Below, one piece after another: positions 37,754-50,564 of a stretch of 64,000 nucleotides of DNA; within the stretch, counting starts at the first letter, position 1; each line of letters opens with the position of its first letter. Under the pieces are notes generated by a model, which was not told the DNA's origin, did not search any database, and was given only the letters and a program-made list of their open reading frames with translations. Source of the DNA: Macrostomum hystrix (Eukaryota; Animalia; Platyhelminthes). Both the position numbers and the translations under genes were made by a program. Location: positions 8,680,001 to 8,744,000 of the forward strand of contig CATNEN010000038.1 in the NCBI GenBank assembly GCA_950097015.1, read 5' to 3'.

Positions 37754-38028
37754 TTGATCGATCGATACAGACAATACAATATTAAGAAAACTTATCTAGA
37801 GCCGCGTCAAGATGTAGTTTTATACATTTATTAGCTCTTTAACAACTATTTTGTATTTGGCGAAGGTAAAATGGCAAAGAAGCTATAGGCTAACTCAGAG
37901 CCTTTGTTAATGAGCGGATTAAAATATGTTAGCGCGACTGCCAAAAGTAAGTTTTATTCTACTACATTTGATCAATACATGAGTTTACTGCAAGTTTTTT
38001 ATGAACTTTACGCAAACTGAATTGTCGG

Positions 38029-41000
38029 TTACCATAGAAACGGGCTGGTGACATCACCAGGCGATGCGGGGTTGGTGGTGGTGAAGTTTCCAGCAGCCTC
38101 TGTACTGTTAGACCATCTGTGGTGCACTTCTGGTTCGGGCACCGTCACTCGGATCACCACGGCCAGGATAATGTACACAATAAGCAGGATGGCTGCCGGG
38201 ATCTTAGACTTCAGCACTCGCCACACTGAGATTCTCTTGCTGTCTGAGGCTGAGCCCACCACGATGGAGCTTTCAGGCACCAGTTGGTCAAAGGTGCGCT
38301 GTGAGCGGCCCGCCAGGATGGCTATGAGAGGCGGATGTTAAATTTAAAGTTCAAAATTCTTCTAAGCACTTTAAGTTGTAATTTCGATTCAAATAAGAAA
38401 GTCACGGTGAGTACATCAAGTTCTTTAGCAGCCACTTGCTTCGCTAACAATCAACTCACGCCTGGTCTCGTCGTGCGTCATGAAGCCCTCGATGTCCGTC
38501 TCTCTCTCAGCGGAGCCGGAGACTTTCTTGGAAACGCCGGTCCAGTCCAGCCTCACGGCGATGACCAAGCCGAGAACATTCCAGGCGACGGAAGCAATGA
38601 GGTAGCCAGACCATAGGCCCAGAACTCCCAGATTAGCGGCGAAGGTCAGGCTGAGGCCGATGGGGTGCCCGATGAACCACAGGGACACCAGAGCGATCAC
38701 CACGCACGTGTTGTGGTAGTTGCAGCCGCGCAGCGCTGCGATGTGGCCCCACGCTGACGCGATGACGAACACGTAGGGAATCACGAAGTAGATGATTGTG
38801 CCAAACACTTCAGTTGTCTCTTCGTCTGCAGAGAAGATCTTCGGAATGATATCTTTGAGGCCCAGCAGGACTAGAGCTTCGATGAGACCGATAAGGCCTG
38901 AAAATGTGTGTCATGCTTTCTTTGTTAATTTGAGCCACAATCACGTACTTTAGTCGAAAGAAAAACGATTGAAAATCCTTTTGAATTAGTTTTCGGGCGG
39001 TTCAAATTAGTGATTCAGAAACACCAGTTTAACGGAAAAGCTTCAACGCGTCTCGTATAATGCGTAAGCAATTCTGTAAGAAGAGGCGCTGCAGAGTCGT
39101 TACAGAATCGCTTCTGCCGCTGGAGGGACATTCAAATCGTTAGAGAAACGTTTGAGTTACTATTTTTAAGAGAAGCAGTGAGAAACCCAATTTATGGAGA
39201 CTATACCATTACGACCAGTCTGAATAGTACAATAAAATATACTTAGACAATTAGCAAATAGTAAGTTCTAACTGGTAAAGCAAGCACGTTAAGGCACACG
39301 AAAATGTCAATAATGTGTCCGCATACAGCATATTTACGAAACAACATATTTGTCAGATCAACTTCAGTGAGTTGCAGGAGCTGTTGCTAAGAGTCAATTC
39401 TAGACGAGAATTTTCCAAAGGGAATTTATCTATAAAAATATTCCCATTGAAATCTTACAGTTAACATTTTGTTAAACTGTTTTTTTATCTGTAGGAATTT
39501 TCGAGCTCCCGTGAAAGCTCACATAAACTTGTCATGTCTTTGATCCTCACCCAGGAGTGCCAGAATGACTCGGTAAACCTGCTTGCCCTTGACATAGTTG
39601 GCGGCGCCCATGTAGCGCCCGATGCGGGTGATGGCCGCTGAGCCTGCGCCGACGCACGGCTGCAGGGTGACGATGAACAGCTGGAACACGATGCCCTGAG
39701 CAGCCAGCTCGGCCTTGCCCAGCGAGCCGGCAACGAAGGTGCCCATCTCAGAGGAGGAGACAAACACCAGCTGGTTAGCAATGGACGGGAACAGGTTGAA
39801 GTAGTACTCGCGCCACTGCAGGAAGCACCGCATGGACCAGCCTTGGGTTGATAAAAGTTTTTTGAGTAAGAATCAGAAAGTTATACAGAGTGCTATAACG
39901 AGTACTATAAAGGTAATAGTACTGACAAAGTTGTAAACCCTCACCTGGCCAGGTGTCCTTGTGAACCTTGCTTATCAGCATATAAGACGTCATCATGATA
40001 GGAAGGAGGCACAGCGAGCAACAGAGACCCACAGCAGCTCCGCTGAGAAAAAAATTATCATTTAAGCTGAAGCTAGTAACTTGTATACGTAAGAGGGTGG
40101 GTGCCTCTCGCGCCAAGGTCCCTGAGCTCGATTCCGCGGCGAGGCCATATTTATTTAGGGCGCAGCCGCCGAAAGAATGGCTTGTCGTGCAATTTACGCC
40201 GTTGGGGGCCAGCCACCAAGGCAATAGTGAAGGTGTATACAGTGCCTGACGATAAGAAATTCAGGGCAGATGTACACACCTCTGTGAGCGTGTGCCTGTG
40301 TACAGTATCTGTGCCATTGCCCACAGCCCTCCTGCGAATAATAACATTATTATTGTTATAAAAATGTATGATAATTAAATCATTTAAATTTTCGGAAATA
40401 AATCTGTCCTCACTTCACACCGAGTCCCATCTGGAAGACGAACAAGGCCTCCAGTCCCAGACAGACCAGCAGGGCAGTCAGGTGCATGAACAGGGTAGGG
40501 AACACGCGCTGCATGCAGTCCATGTAGGCCATCTGTACTCTGTAGATAAGGATGCACAGGCAGCCGGGCATCAGAATGGTGATGAAGGTCTGGGAGCCAC
40601 TGGAGGTGCAAAGGGGTAAAGGCAATTTTTTATCTGATCAAGTCTGTCGAGCTGTAATGACAAGTCGGCGTGGCGTCTCTTAATAACAATGTAACTAACA
40701 AGGGGGAATTCTCCCTGACAATTTTTGTGCTGCACACGAACGGAGCAACGCAAGCACACGAAACTCAAGAACACGGGCCAACTTTCTGCTGCGCATCTAC
40801 TGAAACAAGAATCAAGTTGCCAGCCCTTCAGCCGTCGAGATATTCAACGGTCCTGGCCGAAGGTATGATTTTTCCCATAAGAGCTTGTGTTCTCGTATTT
40901 CACACAGACGCAGCAGCTCCGTCTGGATTAAGGTAGGTGATCACCGAAGTCGGAGATGATGCAGGCACATTCGGGCGACGTGCTTATAAGTTTAAAGGCC

Positions 41001-43585
41001 TGGCAAGTATAGGGCCTTCGGCCAGAACTGCTGAATATCTCGATTGTCTGAAGGGCTGGCGACTTGGTTATTATTCAGAAGTTGTGTAACAAAAATTTGG
41101 CCCTTGTTCTTGAGTTTCATGCGCTTGCCTTGCTACGTTCGGGTGCACCCTTGATAAAAAAACGGGCGTCAAAATGGCTTGGTAGTCCTACTTTTAAAAG
41201 CGAACGCATGGTTCTTCGTCTCTGTTACTCACAGAGCAATCTCGGGATCCTGTCCGATGAGTACCAGCAGCTTGGCGCAGTTGATGGCCAGTCCGCAGCT
41301 GATTATCCACATGCACACGGCCGCCGTGAGGGCTGCGTTGGGTAAGTGTTTCAACTGTGTACTCTGGTTCAAATAAGGACGTGTTGTCGAGTTTGGTTGC
41401 GACTCAGTTTTCGGCGTTCGTTTAAATTTAAATTCTGGTTTCGGGTTTGGTCTGCGCTTTAGGTTTGATTTCGGCTGTGCTTTCGGGTTTGGTTTCGGCT
41501 GTGTTTTCGGGTTTGGTTTCGGTTGTGCTTTCGGGTTTGGTTTCGGCTGTGTTTTCGGGTTTGGTTTCGGCTGTGCTTTCGGGTTTGGTTTCGGCTGTGT
41601 TTTCGGGTTTGGTTTCGGCTGTGTTTTCGGGTTTGGTTTCGGCTGTGTTTTCGGGTTTGGTTTCGGCTGTGCTTTCGGGTTTGGTTTCGGCTGTGTTTTC
41701 GGGTTTGGTTTCGGCTGTGTTTTCGGGTTTGGTTTCGGCTGTGTTTTCGGGTTTGACTTCGGCATTTTCGGGGTGGCCAAAAACTTTAAATCGATTTAAA
41801 TGGATTTCGCTATTAGTTATTTCATCTGTTCCTATTGATTCCTCGGATAGCTTTGAGTCGTTGCCATTAGGTCTGGAGCTTACATCTCTGCACAATGATG
41901 CCTGCCCGTTGCTTCTTGGTACTGCCCAGCGCCTGGGAGAGAAACGTCAAGCAGGACCAGCGAAGACCGTTCTCAACTGGCACCACCACGAGTTGGAACA
42001 CCTGCGCGGTTTTACGGGAGAATTTCAAATTGTGCCTGTTCTAGGAAATCTTTAAGGTTGGCGGCCAACGCTGCAAGTCCACTCTGCACTAATATTTCAG
42101 TATCATCTTACGCTATTGTACCACAATGTGTTCTTATTCTAGGTTTTCATCAGCGCCGACTCACCGAGACTGCCAGGCTAGCAATGTCGAGCGCTTCAAT
42201 GCCAAGAGTGCCGCAGAAGGCCAGGGTGGCAGGGTACATCAGTGCGTAGAACAGCACAGACACGGACTGCGAGATGAGGTGGGGAGGACATGTTAAGGGT
42301 CAGCCAGGGGGCCGGTGGCAGAGTGGTTAACGCTTTTGCCTCTCGTACCATGGTCCACGGCGAGGCCACATTTATTTGGGGCCCAGCCTCCGAGAAAAGG
42401 CTTGGAGGCATGTCGTGCAATTTACGTCCTTGAGGCCCAACCTCCAAGGCACAGTGAAGCGTACACTGCCTGACAATGAGAAATTCAGGGCAGATGTACA
42501 CACCTGTGTGAGCGTGTGCCTGCGTACAGTATCTGTGTGCGTGTGTGCTCAGGAGTCAGCGAAATGGGCAGAACTGCCTCCTCGCTGACTGCGAGTCTAT
42601 TGTCACCAAATGATGTGCCACTGCCTGCAGCCCTCCTGCAGGCAATATAAGGGTCAGCCATTATTAATGCTAGACCTTGGACTAATTGATTAACAGTTGA
42701 AAGACGACACCATTTCCCCCACCAGGGAAAAATTTCCGCCCTTTACGATGCGGACTTTCAAGCCGTCCGACGTCATCATCGTCGTAATGTTCATCAATTC
42801 TTGTCGAAGATCATGGTGACAAGGACAACTGACATCGTTCTGTATAAACCACTGCCTCTATGGTAGTGGTAGTGGAATCCATATTGGTTAAATAATATAG
42901 TTATTATAAATACAAGTGTATAATCAATACAATTTATTCATCAATATTAGCCGACATGGCCGACATTTCATTAGATGATGAAACCTGTGAGCAGAAAGGT
43001 TATTTCTATATTAGTGGTTTTTGCCACCTGACAAAAATCATTGAATATCATGACGATGCCAATGATTTGTGATTCTGGAAGGTTTTTCCTTGAATATTGT
43101 GAAAAATTCTAGCCTTTGTTCTGATTTTTCATGGCGATTGGTTGAATATTTGAGTAAATACAGAAAAATGTGGCTATTTGACTACCCCGCAGTCTTTCTA
43201 CTTTTAAATACCTGAAGACAAGCCCATTGCTAGTGTCTATAATTTCGACTTTCGATCTCAAAATCCTAAATAGATGTACCGTGTCATTTAAGTGAGCCTG
43301 TGGCTAAATTGTTTAGAGCTTTGAACTTTATCTCTGACCGAGAGGTCACGAGTTCGAATCCCACATGATGAATTTCACGCACTGAAAGCGCACACTTCTA
43401 AAAATCTTCACACTAGCCATGGCTGTACAAACGTCCTTAGTCAGCTTGGTGTATTTTTTACTAATTTATAGAACTGCTAAGTGTGGAGATATCTCTATGT
43501 GGCGATGTTAATTACTCACCATAGGCCATCCGAGTTTGAGCAGAGTGATCAGCTCAAACTTGTATTCGCTCCAATCGACTCCCAT
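38029..43585 (-). CDS. MATE/SLC47A-like multidrug and toxin extrusion transporter, paralog A, 9 exons, ~563 aa
   Basis: Exons 43585-43520, 42266-42165, 42001-41884, 41332-41233, 40599-40414, 40042-39945, 39841-39551, 38897-38460, 38321-38029; all phases compatible. ELITLLKLGWPM, LVLIGQDPEIA, TWPGWSMRCFLQW, LGKAELAAQ, RIGRYMGAAN, GLWSG, plus an extra C-terminal TM helix as in SLC47A. Confidence 0.93.
40097..40357 (+). mobile_element. tRNA-derived SINE family 1 (internally deleted)
   Basis: Shared body and ataataac tail. Confidence 0.8.
40813..41066. mobile_element. ~250-bp foldback MITE in a MATE-A intron
   Basis: ~50-bp imperfect inverted arms caagttgccagcccttcagccgtcgagatattcaacggtcctggccgaagg / ccttcggccagaactgctgaatatctcgattgtctgaagggctggcgacttg. 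Confidence 0.75.
41465..41772. repeat. 24-bp minisatellite (tttcggctgtgttttcgggtttgg), ~12 copies, MATE-A intron 3
   Basis: Direct reading. Confidence 0.95.
42307..42647 (+). mobile_element. tRNA-derived SINE family 1 with 13-bp TSD
   Basis: A-box tggcagagtgg; TSD taagggtcagcca at 42294-42306 and 42648-42660. Confidence 0.9.
42694..43203. mobile_element. MITE family A copy (inverted), TTAA on both sides
   Basis: TTAA|cagttgaaagac ... gtctttctactt|TTAA. Confidence 0.7.
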
Positions 43586-44357
43586 CGCGCTGAGGACCTG
43601 TTTAACTTGGAGTTCTTCGTGTTCTCTGTGTCTAGTTGGATTCAACTCACCTTTGAGCAACAGTCGCAGGTAGCTCTCTGATCCGGTTAAGGCCCGTTAA
43701 AAACTGGACACAGCAGCTACAAGACTGACGCCATTCAGCTGCAGCTGTTATCGGAGCGGCGCTGACACACGCTTGTCTCCGTGTACATTAGCCTAGTGAG
43801 AGTGAAGCCTGCCGATAAGGCCGCTAGCTATTTTTACATTCCAAACTTAATTATGAAATAAATGAACGCACGCCTGTGTTTTCATATTTTGAAAATTTCT
43901 ATCTAGGCGTAAATTTGAAGAGTAAATACTTTTCTCGCTCGTGCAGTACACTCAATGTGCAACTACGTAAATCTAGTCGACCCAATCAACATACCCCCCA
44001 TGGCGCTATTCAGCTAATGTACTTTGGACTGACACCAACATCTAGTGCCCCAGCGAGTTCATTTCAATCTTTATTTAAATTAATATTAAAAAGAAATAAA
44101 CAATATAACAATAGCCCGCCCATTGTTTAAAATAAATTATACCTGAAAGATGTCTCGGAAGCATTATTTCTGAAGACTATCTGCAAACTTCTCGATACTC
44201 GAGAAGTTGCTTTTCGATACCACTCATAGCTAAGTTTATCATCTAAATAAGTTTTGACGAATCATTTTAAAACCGTTTAAAACAATGGACTGTGCAGGAT
44301 AACTCTGACGTTTGGCTTTAGAAGCCGCTACTTTGCTGACTACCACAGCAACGCGTT

Positions 44358-47300
44358 TCATCTGGCGAAGGGCGTGAAGCCTCCATCAGACTCAGTGCTG
44401 TTCGAGCCGCCATGGTGCATCTCGGGTTCCGGCACCGTCACCCTGATCACCACCGCCAGAATAATGTACGCTAGCAGCAGGACGACTGCCGGAATCTTGG
44501 ACTTCAACACTCGCAGCACTGAAATTCGCTTGCCATCAGAGGCCAGACCTTCGTCGGCTGTGGCCTCCGGCACCAGCTCCTCCACCGGAGGTCTACTCAT
44601 GATGGCTGAGGGAGAAAACGTGTTAGTTCACTTTTAGAACTTAACTTAGCCTCTCATAATTCAAGCTGCGATGTTTTGTACAGTCCTTTAAACATGGAGT
44701 GTCGGACTCACGACTGAAAGGTCGGGTGTTCGATCCCCCGACTCACCTGGAACAATTTTTTCCTTTAGCGAGACACTTTAGCTCTGCATGGCTTAAGTTC
44801 ACGCCCAACAGTTAAATGGGTTCCAGCATTAGCTAGGGTATGTATTTGGTCATTGTATGCGACGACTGCTACAGTAGAAGTGCACAATGTTCTGGATTCA
44901 TCCGAAAACTGTTAAAGGTAGCTTTTTATTCTTATCCGTCCATTATGAGCCATAAACCAGCTACAGTTTTACTACTTCAGTATGTCATGCAGGTGAGGTT
45001 GTTCTGTTTGATAGAAGAATTATTTTTTAATCATTTTAGAGACCATAATCAGTGCTCTCATATCTCATATCTCATAATAGATAAATTAGGATAATAAACA
45101 TCTATTGTACTACTATCTCTACTGATAGTAGCACTTGTTTTCCTGATGCACTATTCTAAACGCAATATGCCAGCACTCACGCCTAGCCTCGTCCAGGGTC
45201 ATGAAGCCTTCCACGTCGGTCTCCATTTCAGCGGAGCCGGAGACTTTCTTGGAAACGCCAGTCCAGTCCAGCCTCACGGCGATCACGAAGCTGATCAAGT
45301 TCCAAGCAGCAGACCCGATCAGGTAGCCAGACCACAGGCCCACCATGCCCAGACCAGCGGCGAAGGTCATGCTGAGGCCGATGGGGTGCCCGATGCACCA
45401 CAGGGACACCACGGCGATCACCACGCAGGTATTGTGGTAGTTGCAGCCACGCAGGGTGGCGATGTGGCCCCAGGATGAGGCAAAGACAAACACGTAGGGA
45501 ATCACGAAGTAGATGATTGTGCCGAACACTTCAGTTGTCTCTGCATCTGCTGAGAAGATCTTTGGAATGACGTCTTTGAAACCGAGCAGCAGTAGGGCTT
45601 CAATGACGCCGACGAAAGCTGAAGTTTGGCAGATATTGCGCTGCTCAAGTGACTTTTTTTATACCAATCAGATAGTCCGATTGACACACTATCAACTCAC
45701 CCAGCAGGGAAAGAATGACTCGATAGACCTGCTTGGCCTTCAAATAGTTGGCGGCGCCCATGTAGCGCCCGATGCGAGCGACGGCCGCTGAGCCACCGCC
45801 GACGCACGGCTGCATAGTGACGATGAACATCTGGAAGATGATGCCCTGAGCAGCCAGCTCGGCCTTGCCCAGTGCGCCGGCAACGAAGGTGCCCAGCTCA
45901 GAGGAGGAGACAAACACCAGCTGGTTAGCAATGGACGGGAACAGGTTGAAGTAGAACTCGCGCCACTGCAGGAAGCACCGCATGGACCAGCCTGTCAGAT
46001 GCGGTAAAATTCATGGCGTTCTTTAGTTTAGAATAGTGAAACTCGATGACTCTGAGAAAACGGCTCAGAAGAATGCAGTTTGAGAAGCTGAATTTAAGCA
46101 CCTAAATGCGCAACACTGACCTGGCCAGGTGTCTTTGTAAACCTTGCTGATTAGCATGTACGCGATCATCATGATGGGTAAGAGGCACAGTGAGCAGCAG
46201 AGACCCACAGCCGCTCCGCTGATGGAAAAGATTAAGGAGCAAATGAAACAAATTAATCCCAAAGTCTATGATCCCAAAGTCTCTGATCCCAAGGTCTCTG
46301 ATCCCAAGGTCTCTGATCCCAAGGTCTCTGATCCCAAGGTCTCTGATCCCAAGGTCTCTGATCCCAAGGTCTCTGATCCCAAGGTCTCTGATCCCAAGGT
46401 CTCTGATCCCAAGGTCTCTGATCCCAAGGTCTCTGATCCCAAGGTCTCTGATCCCAAGGTCTCTGATCCCAAGGTCTCTGATCCCAAGGTCTCTGATCCC
46501 AAGGTCTCTGATCCCAAGGTCTCTGATCCCAAGGTCTCTGATCCCAAGGTCTCTGATCCCAAGGTCTCTGATCCCAAGGTCTCTGATCCCAAGGTCTCTG
46601 ATCCCAAGGTCTCTGATCCCAAGGTCTCTGATCCCAAGGTCTCTGATCCCAAGGTCTCTGATCCCAAGGTCTCTGATCCCAAGGTCTCTGATCCCAAGGT
46701 CTCTGATCCCAAGGTCTCTGATCCCAAGGTCTCTGATCCCAAGGTCTCTGATCCCAAGGTCTCTGATCCCAAGGTCTCTGATCCCAAGGTCTCTGATCCC
46801 AAGGTCTCTGATCCCAAGGTCTCTGATCCCAAGGTCTCTGATCCCAAGGTCTCTGATCCCAAGGTCTCTGATCCCAAGGTCTCTGATCCCAAGGTCTCTG
46901 ATCCCAAGGTCTCTGATCCCAAGGTCTCTGATCCCAAGGTCTCTGATCCCAAGGTCTCTGATCCCAAGGTCTCTGATCCCAAGGTCTCTGATCCCAAGGT
47001 CTCTGATCCCAAGGTCTCTGATCCCAAGGTCTCTGATCCCTTCGCTCACTTGACGCCGAGTCCCATCTGTAGCACGAACAATGCCTGCAGCCCCAGGCAG
47101 ACGAGAAGGGAAGCCAGGTGCATGAACAGGGTGGGGAAGACGCGCTGCAAGCAGTCTGTGTAGGCCACCAGCACTCGGTAGACCAGTACACACAGGCAGC
47201 CGGGCATCAGGATTGTGATGAAGGTCTGAGAACCGCTGGACAGGTGGTATTCGAAAAGTTGACCGGTACGAAGGCATTATGATAGTAAAATGCATGCTCC

Positions 47301-50300
47301 GAGAGGACAATAATACAAATAATAATTGCAGCAGGGCTGCGAGCAATGCGACATAATTTGGTGACACTTGACCTGCAGCCAGAGAGGAGGCCATTCTGCC
47401 CATTTCGCTGACTCCTGAGCACACACGCACACACAGGTGTATAGTACATCTGCTCCTGACTTTCTAATCGTCTGGCACTGTATACACCTTCACTATTGCC
47501 TTTGAGGTTGGCCCTCAAGGGCGTAAATTACACGTCAAGCCATTCTTTCCGCGGATTCGCCCTAAATAAATGTGGCCTCGCCACGGAATCGAGCTCAGGG
47601 ACCTTGGTTCGAGAGGCAAACGCGTTAAACCGCTCTGCCACCGACCCCCATGAACCGAAAGGAGGCATGTAGACCATGGAGCCATGTCACTGACTCACAG
47701 AGCAATCTCGGGATCCTGTCCGATGAGTACCAGCAGCTTGGCGCAGTTGATGGCCAGTCCGCAGCTGATTATCCACATGCACACGGCCGCCGTGAGGGCT
47801 GCGTTGGGTAATAATCTATTTAATTAAGCGAAAAGCTAAGAGTGAAAATGAAAAAACACAAGCATCCTTCATTTGCAAACAGGCAAAACTGCTCACAACT
47901 TACATCTCTGCACAATGATACCAGCTCGCTGCTTCTTTGAGCTGCCCAGCGCCTGCGATAAAAAAGTCAGGCAGGACCATCGAAGACCGTTCTCTATGGG
48001 CACTATGACCAGTTGAAATACCTGTGAAGTGGCGATATGAGCTTTGCGTGTCTGATAATTCGTCACATCATTTTGATTCGATACCTCCACCACAATGACC
48101 TGATCATCCGCTTCCTCCACCATAATGATCTGATCATCTGCTACCTCCACCACAGTGACCTGATCATCCGCTACCTCCACCACAGTGACCTGATCATCTG
48201 CTACCCCCACCACAGTGACCTGATCATCCGCTACCTCCACCACAATGATCTGATCATCTGCTACCTCCACCACAATGACCTGATCATCCGCTACCTCCAC
48301 CACAATGATCTGATCATCCGCTACTTCCACCTCAATGATGTGATCATCTGCTACCTCCACCTCAATGATGTGATCATCTGCTACCTCCACCACAATGATC
48401 TGGTCATCCGCTACCTCCACCACAATGACCTGATCATCCGCTACCTCCACCACAATGATCTGATCATCCGCTACTTCCACCTCAATGATGTGAGCATCTG
48501 CTACCTCCACCTCAATGATGTGATCATCTGCTACCTCCACCTCAATGATGTGATCATCTGCTACCTCCACCTCAATGATGTGATCATCTGCTACCTCCAC
48601 CACAATGATCTGGTCATCCGCTACCTCCACCACCATGATCTGATCATCTGCTACCTCCACCACAATGACCTGATCATCCGCTACCTCCACCACAATGATC
48701 TGATCATCCGCTACTTCCACCTCAATGATGTGATCATCTGCTACCTCCACCTCAATGATGTGATCATCTGCTACCTCCACCACAATGATCTGGTCATCCG
48801 CTACCTCCACCACAATGACCTGATCATCCGCTACCTCCACCACAATGATCTGATCATCCGCTACTTCCACCTCAATGATGTGAGCATCTGCTACCTCCAC
48901 CTCAATGATGTGATCATCTGCTACCTCCACCTCAATGATGTGATCATCTGCTACCTCCACCTCAATGATGTGATCATCTGCTACCTCCACCACAATGATC
49001 TGATCATCCGCTACCTCCACCACAATGATCGGATCATCCGCTACCTCCACCACAATGATCGGATCATCCGCTACCTCCACCAAAATGACCTGATCATCCG
49101 CTACCTCCACCAAAATGACCGGATCATCCGCTACCTCCATCACAATGATCTGATCATCCGCTACCTCCACCACAATGATTTGATCATCCGCTACCTCCAC
49201 CACAATGATTTGATCATCCGCTACCTCCACCACAATGATGTGATCATCTGCTACCTCCACCTCAATGATGTGATCATCTGCTACCTCCATCACAATGATC
49301 TGATCATATGCTACCTCCACCACAATGATCGGATCATCCGCTACCTCCATCACAATGATCTGATCATCCGCTACCTCCACCACAATGATCGGATCATCCG
49401 CTACCTCCATCACAATGATCTGATCATCCGCTACCTCCACCGCAATGATTTGATCATCCGCTACCTCCACCACAATGATCGGATCATCCGCTACCTCCAC
49501 CACAATGATCGGATCATCCGCTACCTCCACCAAAATGACCTGATCATCCGCTACCTCCACCAAAATGACCGGATCATCCGCTACCTCCATCACAATGATC
49601 TGATCATCCGCTACCTCCACCGCAATGATTTGATCATCCGCTACCTCCACCACAATGATTTGATCATCCGCTACCTCCACCACAATGATCGGATCATCCG
49701 CTACCTCCACCAAAATGACCTGATCATCCGCTACCTCCACCAAAATGACCGGATCATCCGCTACCTCCATCACAATGATCTGATCATCCGCTACCTCCAC
49801 CACAATGATTTGATCATCCGCTACCTCCACCACAATGATCGGATCATCCGCTACCTCCACCAAAATGACCTGATCATCCGCTACCTCCATCTCAATGATC
49901 TGATCATCCGCTACCTCCATCACAATGAGTTGGTGTTTTTTTCGATCGGTAGTTTTAAGCAGGGGGGGGTCAGTGGCAGAGCGGTTTATGCGTCTGCCTC
50001 TCGCACCAAGCTCGAGGCCACATTAAATAAGGGCGCAGCCTATAATTTAGGAGAGAAGGCTTGGGGGCTTGTCGTGCAATTTAAGCCCTTGAGGGCCAAC
50101 CTGCAAGGCACAGTGAAGTGTACACTGCCTGACGATGAGAAATTCAGTGCAGATGTACACACCGTGTGAGAGTTTGCCTGCGTACAGTATCTGTGTACAT
50201 GTGTGCTCAGGAGTCAGCGAAATGGGCAGAATTGCCTCCTCGCTGGCTGCAGGTCTAGTGTCAGCAATTTTTGCCTGCAGCCCTCCTGCAATTATTATTT

Positions 50301-50564
50301 TTCGATAGACAAGCACTCACCGAGACAGCCAGACTAGCAATGTCGAGCGCTTCAATGCCGAGAGTACCACAGAAGGCCAAAGTGGCAGGGTACATCAGTG
50401 CGTAGAACAGCACAGACACGGACTGTCGGAGAGGAAGGGAGACTTGACCTTGTAATAATGTGCCCCTATAAGCAGGAGAGGATTTGCTTTTAACTCACCA
50501 TCGGCCACGCAAGTTTGAGCAGCGTAATCAGCTCAAACTTGTAATCGCTCCAGTCGACTCCCAT
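44358..50564 (-). CDS. MATE/SLC47A-like transporter, paralog B, 9 exons, ~548 aa
   Basis: Exons 50564-50499, 50422-50321, 48021-47904, 47798-47699, 47235-47050, 46218-46121, 45991-45701, 45618-45181, 44605-44358. Exons 1-8 have the same lengths as in paralog A. Confidence 0.93.
44695..44840 (+). mobile_element. Partial CORE-like SINE (family 2)
   Basis: gactcacgactgaaaggtcgggtgttcgatcc...cctttagcgagacactttagctctgc...cagttaaatggg is similar to 9032-9366. Confidence 0.65.
46256..47040. repeat. Near-perfect 15-bp minisatellite (atcccaaggtctctg), ~52 copies, filling MATE-B intron 5
   Basis: Direct reading; donor at 47049, acceptor at 46219. Confidence 0.97.
47315..47650 (-). mobile_element. tRNA-derived SINE family 1, full length
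   Basis: Head ggtggcagagcggtttaacgc...gagctcgattcc (A and B boxes), shared body, attatt tail. Confidence 0.9.
48081..49929. repeat. 30-bp minisatellite (ctacctccaccacaatgatctgatcatccg), ~61 copies, MATE-B intron 2
   Basis: Direct reading; 390-bp higher-order duplication. Confidence 0.97.
49962..50300 (+). mobile_element. tRNA-derived SINE family 1
   Basis: Shared head and body, caattattattt tail. Confidence 0.88.

Noticed and set aside
43293-43370. tRNA gene candidate (A-box and gagttcgaatccc B-box)
   Set aside because: No convincing cloverleaf or acceptor stem; likely a decayed SINE head. The same applies to the other tRNA-like heads.
46102-47430. Long repetitive ORFs (GIRDL, DPKVS, DQRPW, etc.)
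   Set aside because: By-products of a stop-free 15-bp array lying inside a GT-AG intron of MATE-B.
50115-50160. Possible hammerhead ribozyme in SINE family 1 (ctgacga...gaaa)
   Set aside because: No stem II between CUGANGA and GAAA and no proper stem III; better explained as a simple hairpin.
47893-50169. 676/710-aa VEVADDQII and YLHHNDLII repeat proteins; the minus frame reads into MATE exon 3
   Set aside because: Intronic 30-bp array absent from the paralog; exon 3 has its own acceptor at the same position as in paralog A.
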